DNA from: Alphaproteobacteria bacterium
GTDB lineage: Bacteria; Pseudomonadota; Alphaproteobacteria; SP197
NCBI GenBank assembly: GCA_965200495.1
Contig: CBDAUG010000001.1
Span: 2,324,885 to 2,388,884 of the forward strand
Reading direction: 5' to 3'
Length of the DNA stretch: 64,000 nt
Shown here: piece by piece, positions 25,570 to 36,153 of the stretch
Position numbering within the stretch: the first letter of the stretch is position 1
Layout: each line of letters opens with the position of its first letter
Position numbers and translations under genes: made by a program
The notes under the pieces: generated by a model
The model's database searches: none
Told to the model about the DNA's origin: nothing
The model's input: the letters and a program-made list of their open reading frames with translations, nothing else

Positions 25570-26595
25570 ATGGACAAGAACTGGACGGCTCTGATCAAGC
25601 CCAGGAAATTGCAGATCATTCCGGGAGTGGATGCTTCGCGAGAAGCGGACATCGTTGTCGAGCCTCTCGAAAGGGGTTTCGGGACAACCCTGGGCAATGC
25701 CCTGAGAAGGATTTTGCTGTCATCGCTGCGCGGGGCCGCGGTGGTCGGCGTGCGCGTCAACGATGTCGTTCACGAGTTCTCCTCGATTCGCGGTGTGCAC
25801 GAGGACCTGACCGACATCATCCTCAACATCAAGGCGCTGGCCATCAAGATGCACAGCGACCATACCCCCGATCAGCCGCGGCGCGTCTTTCTCAACGCCA
25901 GCGAACCCGGCGCCGTGCTGGCTGGCCGCATTGACGGTGGTGCGGACTTCGAGGTGCTGGACCCCGATCATGTCATCTGCACACTTGATGCAGGAGCCAA
26001 CCTGGAAATGGAACTCCATGTGGCAACAGGAAACGGCTATGTCCCGGCGTCGCGCAATCGCGACGAGGAGACGCAGATCGGGCTGATCCCCATCGACGCC
26101 ATCTACAGTCCGGTGCGCAAGGTTGCCTTCAAGGTGGAGAACAGTCGCGTCGGACAGGTGACGGACTACGACAGGCTTGCCATGTCGGTGGAGACCAACG
26201 GCGCTGTGAATCCGGAGGACGCAGTGGCTCTGGCAGCGCGCATTCTCCAGGAGCAGCTGCAGCCTTTCGTCAATTTCGAAGAGCCTCAGGATCTTGTCGA
26301 CCACGACGCACGCGAGCCGGAATTCAACAGGCACCTGCTGCGCAAGATCGAAGAACTGGAGCTCTCGGTGCGCTCGGCCAACTGTCTCAAGGGAGACAAC
26401 ATCGTCTACATCGGCGACCTCGTGCAGAAGTCCGAGGCGGAGATGATGCGCACACCCAACTTCGGTCGCAAGTCGCTCAACGAAATCAAGGAAGTGCTCG
26501 CGCAGATGCACCTCGGCCTCGACATGAACCTGCCGGACTGGCCGCCGGAGAACATCGAGGAACTGGCGCGGCGCTACGAGAATCCCTTCAGCTGA
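25570..26595 (+). CDS. rpoA: DNA-directed RNA polymerase alpha subunit
   Basis: 341 aa, rpoA-like in N-terminus and length. Confidence 0.95.
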   Translation: MDKNWTALIKPRKLQIIPGVDASREADIVVEPLERGFGTTLGNALRRILLSSLRGAAVVGVRVNDVVHEFSSIRGVHEDLTDIILNIKALAIKMHSDHTPDQPRRVFLNASEPGAVLAGRIDGGADFEVLDPDHVICTLDAGANLEMELHVATGNGYVPASRNRDEETQIGLIPIDAIYSPVRKVAFKVENSRVGQVTDYDRLAMSVETNGAVNPEDAVALAARILQEQLQPFVNFEEPQDLVDHDAREPEFNRHLLRKIEELELSVRSANCLKGDNIVYIGDLVQKSEAEMMRTPNFGRKSLNEIKEVLAQMHLGLDMNLPDWPPENIEELARRYENPFS

Positions 26596-26608
26596 CGAGG
26601 ACAGGGTC

Positions 26609-27022
26609 ATGCGACACCGGCATTCGGGGCGCAAGCTCAATCGAACGAGCGCACACCGTCGCGCCATGCTGCGCAACATGGCAGCGGCGCTGATCAAGCA
26701 CGAGCAGATCACCACGACCCTTGCCAAGGCGAAGGAAGTTTCTCCCTATGTCGAGAAACTCGTCACCCTTGGCAAGCGCGGTACGCTTCATGCCCGACGC
26801 CTTGCTCATGCGAGGTTGCGCGACGACGCCATGCTGATGAAGCTGTTCGATACGCTGGCACCGCGCTATGAGGATCGCGCAGGCGGCTATACCAGGGTTC
26901 TCAAGGCGGGTTTTCGCTACGGCGACAGCGCGCCTCTGGCGGTCGTTGAGTTCGTCGACCGGGACGAAGGTGCCAAGGGCCAGGATTCGGGCCCGCCGCC
27001 GCAGAGCCGGGACGAAGACTGA
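26609..27022 (+). CDS. rplQ: 50S ribosomal protein L17
   Basis: 137 aa beginning [24 protein letters not shown]. Confidence 0.94.
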   Translation: MRHRHSGRKLNRTSAHRRAMLRNMAAALIKHEQITTTLAKAKEVSPYVEKLVTLGKRGTLHARRLAHARLRDDAMLMKLFDTLAPRYEDRAGGYTRVLKAGFRYGDSAPLAVVEFVDRDEGAKGQDSGPPPQSRDED

Positions 27023-27047
27023 GTTTTCCTGCACACGCTCGCTCTCG

Positions 27048-27371
27048 TCAGCGTACTCCGTCAGGGAAGATGCCGCCGCTCCGCCCCGCGCGGTCGTCAA
27101 CCTCGATGATCCAGAGATCGGGATCGTAGGTCTCCTGGCGCGCCAGATAGTGATCTGCGCCGGCTTCATCGAGGACCTTGTGCATGGTGAACGTGTCATC
27201 GTCGCGCGACACCTGCAGGATGCTGACCTCATCTGTTTCCCTGACCAGTTTGAGCCAGATTGCTCCGGCGCCCGCATCGCCGCGCCGCAGGATGTAGACA
27301 GGCACGGCCGCCAGGTCACAGCGGCGCAGGAAGGCCTGGACCCAGACAACAGAGGCAATCCGGACGGACAA
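27048..27371 (-). CDS. conserved hypothetical protein (DUF1491-like, tentative)
   Basis: 107-aa ORF convergent on rplQ. The family assignment comes from memory of alphaproteobacterial synteny only. Confidence 0.45.
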   Translation of the reverse strand: MSVRIASVVWVQAFLRRCDLAAVPVYILRRGDAGAGAIWLKLVRETDEVSILQVSRDDDTFTMHKVLDEAGADHYLARQETYDPDLWIIEVDDRAGRSGGIFPDGVR

Positions 27372-27534
27372 GGGTTCAGACTTTCCGGCAAGCGTGGTTC
27401 ATGCGTGCAGCAATCCTTGCGGCAGAACGGCGCCATGATGACCGTTTGCAGCGCCAGGGGCCAGCCGGCCGGTTGCCGCCTTGACCGCGGTCAGTGCACC
27501 ATGGCGCTCTGCCGGTTGAGGAAGGACGAGGTGC

Positions 27535-28830
27535 GTGACAGGTCTCTTTGAAGACGGGATGCCACGGCCACTGGCCGATCGCATGCGTCCGGCAGCGCTG
27601 GAAGAGGTTGTTGGCCAGGACCATCTGCTCAACGCGAGCGGTCCGCTGGGCCGCATGGTCGCGCAGGCGCGTCTGGCCTCGATGATCCTCTGGGGACCGC
27701 CGGGTACCGGCAAGACCACCATTGCCCGGCTCATCGCCGAACGGGTCGATCTCGCATTCGACCCCGTTTCGGCGGTGTTTTGCGGTGTGGCGGACTTGAG
27801 GAAGGTCTTCGAACGGGCTCGCTCGAGACGCGCCACGGGTCTTGGCACACTGCTGTTTGTCGATGAAATCCACCGCTTCAACAAGGCGCAGCAGGACGCC
27901 ATGCTGCCCGTCGTCGAGGACGGCACCGTTGTTCTTGTCGGCGCCACCACCGAAAATCCCTCCTTCGAGGTCAATCAGGCGCTGGTATCGCGATGCCAGG
28001 TGCTGGTGCTTGCGAGGCTGTCGCTGGACGCGCTGGGTCAGCTTCTGCGGCGGGCCGAGACACGCCTGCAACGGACCATGCCGCTCGACGATGACGCCCG
28101 TCTGGCCCTTGCCGCCATGGCCGATGGCGATGGCCGCTTCCTGCTCAACATTGCCGAGGAACTCCTGGCCCTGGATGTGCCGACACTTCTGGACCGTCAT
28201 GGCCTGGCGGACGTCGTGCAGCGCCGGGTCCCGGTCTACGACAAGGCCGAAGAGGGCCATTACAACCTCATCAGCGCCCTTCACAAGTCAGTGCGGGGAT
28301 CTGATCCGGACGCCTCCCTCTACTGGCTCGCCCGCATTCTCCAGGCAGGAGAGGATCCGCTCTTCGTTGCCCGCCGCGTCATCCGCATGGCGGTCGAGGA
28401 CATCGGTCTCGCCGATCCCGCCGCGCTCACCCAGGCCGTGGCTGCGAAGGACGCCTTCGCCTTTCTCGGATCGCCGGAAGGGGAACTGGCCATCGCCCAG
28501 GCCGTGCTCTACTGCGCCACCGCTCCCAAATCCAACGCCGTCTACCGCGCCTATGGGGCGGCCGACAGGACCGCACGTGTCGGGGGAAGTCCGATGCCGC
28601 CGAAGATCATTCTCAATGCGCCGACACGCCTCATGGAGGATCTGGGCTACGGCGAGGGCTACGCCTATGACCACGACACGCCGGCCGCCTTCTCCGGACA
28701 GGACTACTTTCCTGAAGGCATGGCGCGCCAGCAATTCTACCGACCTGTGGAACGGGGATTTGAGCGCGAGATCACAAGGCGCCTCGCCTACTGGGAGCGA
28801 CTGCGCCACCGGGCGGGAGAGGATGCATGA
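27535..28830 (+). CDS. rarA: replication-associated recombination protein A (AAA ATPase RarA/MgsA)
   Basis: Walker A motif GPPGTGKTT, a DEIHRFNK box and a MgsA-like C-terminal domain. Confidence 0.9.
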   Translation: MTGLFEDGMPRPLADRMRPAALEEVVGQDHLLNASGPLGRMVAQARLASMILWGPPGTGKTTIARLIAERVDLAFDPVSAVFCGVADLRKVFERARSRRATGLGTLLFVDEIHRFNKAQQDAMLPVVEDGTVVLVGATTENPSFEVNQALVSRCQVLVLARLSLDALGQLLRRAETRLQRTMPLDDDARLALAAMADGDGRFLLNIAEELLALDVPTLLDRHGLADVVQRRVPVYDKAEEGHYNLISALHKSVRGSDPDASLYWLARILQAGEDPLFVARRVIRMAVEDIGLADPAALTQAVAAKDAFAFLGSPEGELAIAQAVLYCATAPKSNAVYRAYGAADRTARVGGSPMPPKIILNAPTRLMEDLGYGEGYAYDHDTPAAFSGQDYFPEGMARQQFYRPVERGFEREITRRLAYWERLRHRAGEDA

Positions 28831-29210
28831 TCAAGGCCTGCCTCGTCGTTGCCGCCGGTGGCGCACTGGGCGCGATTGGCCGCTATCTGGTGACGGCCGG
28901 CGCCGCGGCGTGGCTGGGAGGCGGATTTCCGTGGGGCACTCTCATCGTCAATGTCGCAGGCTCTTTCGTTCTTGGCATGGTGGTCGGGGTGCTGTCGGTT
29001 GCCTGGACGCCGCCCGCAGAGATGAGGCTCTTTCTCGTCACCGGCTTTCTGGGGGCATTCACCACGTTCTCCGCCTTTTCCCTTGATGCGGTGAGCGTGT
29101 TCGAGCGCGGGCACTACCCGCTTGGAGTTCTCTACGTCGTTGCCTCTGTGGCGCTCTGCGTCCTTGGACTTGTGGCCGGACTTCGCCTCATGCGTCTGAT
29201 TCTCGCATGA
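28827..29210 (+). CDS. crcB: fluoride ion channel CrcB/FluC
   Basis: 127-aa 4-TM protein. A GTLIVNVAGSF...GFLGAFTTFSAF pattern is present. Confidence 0.85.
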   Translation: MIKACLVVAAGGALGAIGRYLVTAGAAAWLGGGFPWGTLIVNVAGSFVLGMVVGVLSVAWTPPAEMRLFLVTGFLGAFTTFSAFSLDAVSVFERGHYPLGVLYVVASVALCVLGLVAGLRLMRLILA

Positions 29211-30166
29211 CCGCTGTGATGTACCTCAGTATCGCCGGCCCTGAGGCCGGAATGCGCCTTGATCGCTGGTTTCGCCGGCGATTTCCCCATGTCACCCACG
29301 GCCATCTCGCGAAACTCCTGCGTACGGGCCAGATTCGCCTCGATGGCGCTCGATGCAGGGCGGGAACACGGTTGCAGGCGGGTCAGGCGGTACGCCTGCC
29401 GCCTCTTGCGGAGGCGCCGGAGAGGCCCCGGCCGGCCCGCTGGTTGCCCGACAGCGCCGACCTCAAGGACATCGCCGCACGGATCATTCATGTCGACGAG
29501 TGGGTCATGGCCATCGACAAGCCGGCAGGTCTCGCCGTGCAGGGCGGCAGTGGATTGTCGCGCCACCTCGACGCCCTGCTGGACGGGCTGCGCTTCGGCG
29601 CAGCCGAGAGGCCACGCCTGGTGCATCGTCTCGACAGACAGACCAGCGGTATCCTGCTGCTCGCGCGCCATGCGCCGGCGGCGCGCGCCCTGCACGCCTG
29701 CTTCAGGGCCGGCAAGGTCGAAAAGACCTACTGGGCACTCGTCGCCGGTGTCCCGGACCTGCCACGGGATGGCCGCCTTGCCATGCCGCTCGTCAAGAGG
29801 GGCAAACCGGGACGCGAGCGCGTCGAGGTTGCCGAGCAGGGGGGGCGTCGCGCCGTGACACATGCGCGTATCGTCGCAACCGCCGGCCGCGTCGCGGCCT
29901 GGCTGGACTTGCGTCCGCTGACCGGGCGCACCCACCAGCTCAGGGTCCACTGCGCCGCCATCGGCCATCCCATTGTCGGTGACGGCAAGTACGGCAGTCA
30001 TATGCCAGGGCGGATCACGCATGTGCGGCGCCTTCACCTCCACGCACAGTCGCTCTGCCTGCCTCACCCTGATGGCGGCGTTCTGACTCTGGGCTGCGCC
30101 TTGCCGCAGGATCTTGCACAGACCTGGCATGCACTGGGGTTCAGCGTGAACGGGGAGGGTCCATGA
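29207..30166 (+). CDS. RluA-family 23S rRNA pseudouridine synthase (RluC/D-like)
   Basis: S4-like N-terminus. The catalytic motif HRLDRQTSGILLLAR is present. Confidence 0.85.
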   Translation: MTAVMYLSIAGPEAGMRLDRWFRRRFPHVTHGHLAKLLRTGQIRLDGARCRAGTRLQAGQAVRLPPLAEAPERPRPARWLPDSADLKDIAARIIHVDEWVMAIDKPAGLAVQGGSGLSRHLDALLDGLRFGAAERPRLVHRLDRQTSGILLLARHAPAARALHACFRAGKVEKTYWALVAGVPDLPRDGRLAMPLVKRGKPGRERVEVAEQGGRRAVTHARIVATAGRVAAWLDLRPLTGRTHQLRVHCAAIGHPIVGDGKYGSHMPGRITHVRRLHLHAQSLCLPHPDGGVLTLGCALPQDLAQTWHALGFSVNGEGP

Positions 30167-30864
30167 AACGCCGGTACGCGGCTGTTGCCGTCGCCGGGAA
30201 TGAAGGAGACTACCGCATCGAACTCGACGGCCGGCCGGTGATGACGCCAGCACGGCAGCTCCTGAGTATACCCTCAAGGCCCCTTGGCGACGCCATTGCC
30301 GGGGAGTGGGCCTGCCAGGCAGATCGCATTGATCCCGTCACCATGCCCCTGATGCGTCTTGCCGCAACGGCCATCGACCGCGTCGCCGGCGATCCGGAAC
30401 GCGTCGTTGCCGGTCTCCTCGCCTGGGGCATGAGCGATCTCGTGTGCTTTCGCTCTGATCATCCGGTCGAACTGGTCAGGCGCCAGGAGGCGCGCTGGCA
30501 GCCTCTTGTCGACTGGGTCGCGGCAGAGCACGCAGCGTCGCTCGCCGTCACCAGCGGAATCATGCCGCAGGAACAGTCTCCTGAAGCAATTCTCGCTCTT
30601 CGCTCCGTCCTCGCGGATCTTGACAGTTTCCGCCTCGTTGCGGTCCACAGTGTCGCGAATACGACGGGTTCTCTTGTCATTGCCCTGGCCCTCCTTGCCG
30701 GGCGCCTGGGCGCACAAGAGGCCTTCTCTGCCGGCGCCCTCGACGATCTTTGGTCTCTTGAAGTGTGGGGCGATGACGCCGAAGCACGCCGCCGGCTGGG
30801 TGTCAGACAGACGGACATACGTGAGGCTGAACGGTTTCTCGGTCTGCTTCGTCATCAGTCATGA
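30163..30864 (+). CDS. ATP12-family ATP synthase F1 assembly chaperone
   Basis: 233 aa with an ATP12-like pattern (KRRYAAV..., ELDGRPVMTPARQLL, IAGEW). Confidence 0.7.
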   Translation: MKRRYAAVAVAGNEGDYRIELDGRPVMTPARQLLSIPSRPLGDAIAGEWACQADRIDPVTMPLMRLAATAIDRVAGDPERVVAGLLAWGMSDLVCFRSDHPVELVRRQEARWQPLVDWVAAEHAASLAVTSGIMPQEQSPEAILALRSVLADLDSFRLVAVHSVANTTGSLVIALALLAGRLGAQEAFSAGALDDLWSLEVWGDDAEARRRLGVRQTDIREAERFLGLLRHQS

Positions 30865-30908
30865 AGCTTGCTATGCTGGACACGTGAGCTCGCAGCAGGC
30901 GGAACCGG

Positions 30909-32444
30909 ATGATGCAGCACGTGATCGATGAACTGACAAAGCGCCGCACCCGCGCCCGTGAGGGTGGTGGAGAAGGGCGCCTTGCACGTCAGCACGCCAC
31001 GGGAAAACTGAGCGCACGCGAACGCATCGAGTTGCTGCTGGATGAGGCCTCCTTCGAGGAATGGGACATGTTCGTCGAACATCGCTCGGCGGAGTTCGGC
31101 ATGGCCGACCAAAGGGTGCCGGGTGACGGGGTGGTGACCGGATGGGGGACCATCAATGGCCGCCTGGTCTTTGTCTTCAGTCAGGATTTCACCGTGTTCG
31201 GAGGCTCGCTTTCGGAATCCCACGCCACGAAGATCTGCAAGATCATGGACCGCGCCATGCAGGTGGGAGCTCCGGTGATCGGTCTCAACGACAGCGGCGG
31301 TGCGCGCATCCAGGAGGGTGTGGACTCGCTTGCCGGATATGCCGAGGTTTTCCAGCGCAATGTTCTTGCCTCAGGTGTCGTGCCGCAGGTGTCGCTGATC
31401 ATGGGCCCCTGTGCCGGAGGAGCGGTCTACTCCCCGGCGATGACCGATTTCATCTTCATGGTGAAGGAGACCTCGTACATGTTCGTGACCGGTCCCGACG
31501 TGGTCAAGACGGTGACCCACGAGATGGTCAGTCACGAGGATCTTGGCGGTGCCGTCACCCACACCACGCGATCCGGCGTCGCGGATCTCGCCTGGGACAA
31601 CGACGTCGAGGCCCTGGCGCAGACACGGCGCCTGATGAGCTTCCTGCCCGCCTCGAATCGCGAGACTCCCCCGGTTCTCGAGACCGCCGATCCCGCTGAT
31701 CGGGTCGAACCTGCGCTGGACACGCTGGTGCCCTCCAATCCGAACAAGCCCTACGACATCAAGGAACTCATCGGCAGGGTGGTGGATGAGCGGGATTTCT
31801 TCGAGATCCAGCCGGCTCACGCGGCCAATATCGTTGTCGGGTTCGGGCGGATGGAAGGCTCGACGGTGGGCTTCGTCGCCAACCAGCCCATGGTGCTGGC
31901 CGGCTGCCTCGATATCGAGGCGGCGCGCAAGGCGGCGCGCTTTGTGCGCTTTTGCGATTGCTTCAACATTCCCCTTGTCACCTTCGTCGATGTTCCGGGA
32001 TTCCTGCCCGGAACCGATCAGGAACACGGCGGGATCATCAAGCATGGCGCAAAGCTCCTCTATGCCTACGCAGAGGCAACGGTCCCGAAACTCACCTGCA
32101 TCACGCGCAAGGCCTATGGCGGCGCCTATGTCGTCATGGCGTCGAAGCACCTGCGTGGCGATATCAACTATGCCTGGCCGACGGCGGAGGTGGCGGTCAT
32201 GGGATCGAAAGGGGCAGTCGAGATCATATTCCGTTCCGATCTCGACGATGCCGGGCGCATGGAGGTGCGCACGGCAGAGTACCAGGAGCGCTTCGCCAAT
32301 CCCTTCATTGCGGCGTCACGGGGATTCATCGACGATGTCATCATGCCCCGAAACACACGCCGCAGGCTGTGCAACGCGCTTCGCATGCTGCGCCGCAAGG
32401 AATTGCGTAATCCCTGGAAGAAACACGATAACATTCCCCTGTAA
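30909..32444 (+). CDS. pccB: propionyl-CoA carboxylase beta subunit (carboxyltransferase)
   Basis: 511-aa AccD/PccB-family protein. It is followed by a biotin carboxylase gene. Confidence 0.88.
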   Translation: MMQHVIDELTKRRTRAREGGGEGRLARQHATGKLSARERIELLLDEASFEEWDMFVEHRSAEFGMADQRVPGDGVVTGWGTINGRLVFVFSQDFTVFGGSLSESHATKICKIMDRAMQVGAPVIGLNDSGGARIQEGVDSLAGYAEVFQRNVLASGVVPQVSLIMGPCAGGAVYSPAMTDFIFMVKETSYMFVTGPDVVKTVTHEMVSHEDLGGAVTHTTRSGVADLAWDNDVEALAQTRRLMSFLPASNRETPPVLETADPADRVEPALDTLVPSNPNKPYDIKELIGRVVDERDFFEIQPAHAANIVVGFGRMEGSTVGFVANQPMVLAGCLDIEAARKAARFVRFCDCFNIPLVTFVDVPGFLPGTDQEHGGIIKHGAKLLYAYAEATVPKLTCITRKAYGGAYVVMASKHLRGDINYAWPTAEVAVMGSKGAVEIIFRSDLDDAGRMEVRTAEYQERFANPFIAASRGFIDDVIMPRNTRRRLCNALRMLRRKELRNPWKKHDNIPL

Positions 32445-32462
32445 TCAACCTGGTACCGTGAC

Positions 32463-34451
32463 ATGTTCAACCGCATTCTCATCGCCAATCGCGGGGAAAT
32501 CGCCTGCCGGATCATCACCACGTGCAGGGCGCTGGGCATCGCCACGGTCGCGGTTCATTCGGAGGCCGACGACGATGCGCTCCATGTGCGCATGGCTGAC
32601 GAGTCCTTTCCCATCGGACCGCCGCCGCCCGGTGAAAGCTACCTTGCCGTCGACAGGATCATCGATGTACTCGTGAGGTCGGGTGCCGAGGCGGTCCACC
32701 CCGGGTTCGGTTTTCTTTCCGAGAACGCGCGTTTCGTCGAAGCGGTCGAGACCGCCGGGGCTGTCTTCATCGGTCCACCCGCCAGCGCCGTGGCTGCCAT
32801 GGGCGACAAGATCGAATCCAAGAGGATTGCGAAGGCGGCGGGAGTCAGCGTGGTTCCGGGCAGCGAGTCCGAGTCGCGTGATGCAGACGCTGCGCTCGCC
32901 GCTGCCCGCGACATTGGCTATCCGGTCATGATCAAGCCTGCGGCCGGTGGCGGCGGCAAGGGGATGCGGGTGGTCGGTGACGACGATGAACTCATCGAGG
33001 GTTTCCGGGCCTCGCAATCGGAGGCGGCCACGGCCTTCGGTGACACCAGGGTCTTTCTCGAGAAGTTCATCACCCGTCCCCGCCATGTGGAGATCCAGCT
33101 TCTCGCGGACAGTCACGGCGCCGTGGTGACCCTGAACGAGCGCGAGTGCTCGATCCAGCGGCGTCATCAGAAGGTTGTCGAAGAAGCGCCAAGTCCGCTC
33201 ATCGACGGCGCGACGCGCCGGGCGATGGCCGGCGAAGCGAGCGCCCTGGCGCGGGCCGTCAACTATCGTTCGGCGGGCACCGTCGAGTTTGTCGTCGACC
33301 CCGACAGGAACTTCTACTTCCTGGAGATGAATACCCGTCTCCAGGTCGAACACCCGGTGACGGAGTTCATCACCGGCGTCGATATCGTCGAACAGATGAT
33401 CCGCATTGCTGCCGGCGAGCCCCTCGCGTTCACCGCCGATGATGTCGGTATCGACGGCTGGTCCATCGAGGCGCGGGTCTACGCCGAGGACTCACGCCGC
33501 GGTTTTCTGCCTTCGATCGGCCGTCTCGGCACCTACCGGCCGCCGCAGACGAGTCCGGTGCTGAGGATCGACAGCGGTGTGGAGGAGGGTTCCGAAGTCA
33601 CGATGTTCTACGACCCGATGATCGCCAAGCTCGTGGTGCACGCCCCGGACCGGCCGGCCGCCATCTCTGCGATGCGCCAGGCGCTCGATTCCTTCGAGAT
33701 CAGGGGTGTGCAGCACAACATCGACTTTCTGGCGGCGATCATGCGCAATCCGCAGTTTGCCGCAGGCGACATGACCACCGCCTTCATCGATCAAACCTGG
33801 CCCGAGGGTTTCTCGGGCGCGCCGGTGACGGAGCGTGAGAGGACGGTGCTGACCGGTGTGGGCCTCCTTGCCCACCTCAGGGTTCTCGAGCGCGGGCGCA
33901 GGATCACGGGCGCCTTGCGCGCTCCGGGCCCGCTGGCCCGTGACTGGGTCGTGCAGTTTCTGGGCGAGCAGTTCGAGGTGTCGGCCTGGCTGACGCACGA
34001 TGGCATCATCTGGCGGAGCGGCGCACGTGATGTCATGGTCGAGAGTTCCTGGAAGCCGGGCCAGACACTGTTCCAGGGCGAGGTCGATGGTTGCCCGGCC
34101 ACCGTCCAGGTGGAGCGCATGGGCATGTCGTGGGAACTTGTGCATGCTGGCGTTGCCGGGCAGATGACCGTGCTCTCAAGGGGAGAGGCAGCGTTGATGG
34201 CGCGGATGCCGTCAAGGCCCATGGAAGATCGTTCCCGCCTTGTCACGTCACCGATGCCCGGGCGGATCGTCGATCTTGCAGTCGCAGAAGGTGACGGCGT
34301 CGAGATCGGCCAGGTGCTTGTCGTCATCGACGCCATGAAGATGGAGAACGTGCTGCGCGCCGAGCGCGCCGGAGACATCGCGAAGGTCCATGTCGCCGTC
34401 GGCGACCTGGTTTGCGTTGATTCGCCTCTCCTCGCATACGCCGCTTCGTGA
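32463..34451 (+). CDS. pccA: acetyl/propionyl-CoA carboxylase alpha subunit (biotin carboxylase + BCCP)
   Basis: 662 aa. The N-terminus reads MFNRILIANRGEIACRII. The C-terminal biotinyl motif reads IDAMKMEN. Confidence 0.88.
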   Translation: MFNRILIANRGEIACRIITTCRALGIATVAVHSEADDDALHVRMADESFPIGPPPPGESYLAVDRIIDVLVRSGAEAVHPGFGFLSENARFVEAVETAGAVFIGPPASAVAAMGDKIESKRIAKAAGVSVVPGSESESRDADAALAAARDIGYPVMIKPAAGGGGKGMRVVGDDDELIEGFRASQSEAATAFGDTRVFLEKFITRPRHVEIQLLADSHGAVVTLNERECSIQRRHQKVVEEAPSPLIDGATRRAMAGEASALARAVNYRSAGTVEFVVDPDRNFYFLEMNTRLQVEHPVTEFITGVDIVEQMIRIAAGEPLAFTADDVGIDGWSIEARVYAEDSRRGFLPSIGRLGTYRPPQTSPVLRIDSGVEEGSEVTMFYDPMIAKLVVHAPDRPAAISAMRQALDSFEIRGVQHNIDFLAAIMRNPQFAAGDMTTAFIDQTWPEGFSGAPVTERERTVLTGVGLLAHLRVLERGRRITGALRAPGPLARDWVVQFLGEQFEVSAWLTHDGIIWRSGARDVMVESSWKPGQTLFQGEVDGCPATVQVERMGMSWELVHAGVAGQMTVLSRGEAALMARMPSRPMEDRSRLVTSPMPGRIVDLAVAEGDGVEIGQVLVVIDAMKMENVLRAERAGDIAKVHVAVGDLVCVDSPLLAYAAS

Positions 34452-34504
34452 CCGCCGCCGAGGGTCATGACACGCGTGTCCTGGTGACGGTCACCGGCCC
34501 AGGT

Positions 34505-34570
34505 TCGAAGATATCTGTGATTGACTCACACAACTATATAAAAACATTAGAAAATAATTCCCTGGCCCGG
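34505..34570. other. AT-rich island-junction segment with a TGTGA-N5-TCACA dyad and a TATAAA box
   Basis: gatatctgtgattgactcacacaactatataaaaacattagaaaataattcc within 65% GC DNA. Confidence 0.5.
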
Positions 34571-34615
34571 ATCGTGCATGCGCGCCTTTCCACGGCGCAC
34601 ATGAGAAAAGGCGGC

Positions 34616-34790
34616 TAATCCTCCGCATGGAGGTCGGCCACCAGGTCGTCGATGTCGCCGACCGTGACCTGTTCGCCCCGCCGCGCGGCCTCCTGCCTGG
34701 TCTTCTCGTCGATGCGGGCGCGAACGACGGTGAGCATGCCCCGATCCTCCGAATTGAACCACAATGCAGCCCGGCTGCATGACGGATATC
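34616..34790 (-). pseudogene. dinJ/relB-family antitoxin remnant (internally deleted copy of the 45431-45688 gene, no toxin partner)
   Basis: About 88% identical to 45432-45733, with a roughly 135-bp internal deletion at a gcggcctcc microhomology. It encodes MLTVVRARIDEKTRQEAARRGEQVTVGDIDDLVADLHAED. Confidence 0.75.
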
Positions 34791-34841
34791 CACGTCGCGA
34801 CGTTCCGGCGCCGGCGCGGCGGGAATCGTGCAGGGGGCAGG

Positions 34842-35126
34842 TCAGGCCGCTGCGAACTTGCGGACCGCGACCGGATCGCGGCCCTGCCGGACGTGCCAGA
34901 GGTCGTACTGCATCTGCTGTGTGAGCCAGCTCTCCGGGCTGCCGCCGAATGCCTCCGACAGCCGGATCGCCATTTCGGGCGAGATGCCGAGACGGCCGTT
35001 GAGCAGCATCGACAGCGTGTTGCGCGAGACCGCGAGCCCCTTGGCGGCCTCGGTCACGGTCAGTCCCAGGGGGTCCAGGCACTGACGCCGGATGAAGGCG
35101 CCGGGATGGGGCGGATCGTGCATCAG
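34842..35126 (-). CDS. higA: HigA antitoxin (HTH XRE)
   Basis: The product begins [46 protein letters not shown]. It lies downstream of higB. Confidence 0.88.
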   Translation of the reverse strand: MMHDPPHPGAFIRRQCLDPLGLTVTEAAKGLAVSRNTLSMLLNGRLGISPEMAIRLSEAFGGSPESWLTQQMQYDLWHVRQGRDPVAVRKFAAA

Positions 35127-35142
35127 CATGGGCGTTGCCTCC

Positions 35143-35421
35143 CTAATGGTAGTCCAGGTAGTCGACATCGGCGGCGTGGCCGTCCTCGAAGCGGAAGACA
35201 ACCCGCCAGTTGGCGCTGACCGTCACCGCCCAGTAGCCGGCATACTCACCCCTCAGGCGGTGCAGCCGGAAGCCGGGCAGGTCCATGTCGTCCGGGCTTG
35301 CGGACGCATTCAGGCGAACCAAGATGTCGCGCACTCGCTCGCGGTGCTCCGGGCGGATGCGGCGCTCGTCGCCGCGTTCCATGAGGCGCCTGAGCGCCCG
35401 GCTCCTGAAGCTCTGTATCAT
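35143..35421 (-). CDS. higB: HigB toxin (RelE/ParE superfamily)
   Basis: The product begins [26 protein letters not shown]. The sequence [43 protein letters not shown] closely matches HigB. Confidence 0.9.
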   Translation of the reverse strand: MIQSFRSRALRRLMERGDERRIRPEHRERVRDILVRLNASASPDDMDLPGFRLHRLRGEYAGYWAVTVSANWRVVFRFEDGHAADVDYLDYH

Positions 35422-35730
35422 GGCCGACCGTAAAGCGCCCTATGGCGGTTGTCAAAGTGCCGCGACGGTCCGGCGTTCGCAATCATGATGACGCCGCAAT
35501 GTCGATGCGCTCGCCCCAGGGCTTGCGGTTCCAGTCGCCGGGGACATCTCCGTAGTTCACCCAGATCACGTCGAATGCGGGCTCGGCGTCGGGATGGCGC
35601 GAGCATTCCATGTCGGTGAGAGAGAGGCAGACGCCCGGCCGGACATCGTGTTCCTCCAGCACGGCTTGGCAAGAGGCTGTGCGAAAAAACTCCCCTGCGT
35701 TGGAACCCGCGCAATATCAAGGAGTTGCGC

Positions 35731-36153
35731 TCAAAGAAAAATCACCCCCGAAACAGCAAACCTATCCGAATACCATGGCCCGGCGAACCCGTCCGGCCCC
35801 AGCCCCGCGCAATACCCCGCCGCCACGATGCGGCGGTGGAGGTCCGCCATGCCCGTCTCGATGAACCGCCTCGGCTGGAACCAGCTGCCGTCCTTGGCGA
35901 TCCCGACTGTGCGGACCTTGCCCGCCCAGGCGTCAACGTCCTGGAACAGTTGGCGGTGGATCGACTTCAGGTTGGCAAGATCAAAGTCGCCCGCCGGGAC
36001 GGGCTCAAGAAGGCGCTGGGCGACCAACTCGCGCTCGGCTGCCTCCAGTTCTGGCGCGTCCCGGATGCCCAGCCTGTTGCGGAGAACGGTGTAGAGCACA
36101 TCGCTGGTCTTGCGGTCTGTGCGCAGCTTAACGATCCATGTCGGTGAAGACAT
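35731..36153 (-). pseudogene. Fic/DOC-family protein, truncated before the HPFx(D/E)GNGR active-site motif
   Basis: It aligns with E. coli Fic through IHRQLFQDVDAWAGKVRTVGI and AAGYCAGL, then reaches a stop. The downstream reading frames are scrambled. Confidence 0.6.

Noticed and set aside
35418-35720. 100-aa minus-strand ORF downstream of the Fic stop
   Set aside because: Arg-rich with no homology. It is probably just an open frame in the decayed Fic 3' region. Mentioned under the Fic finding instead.
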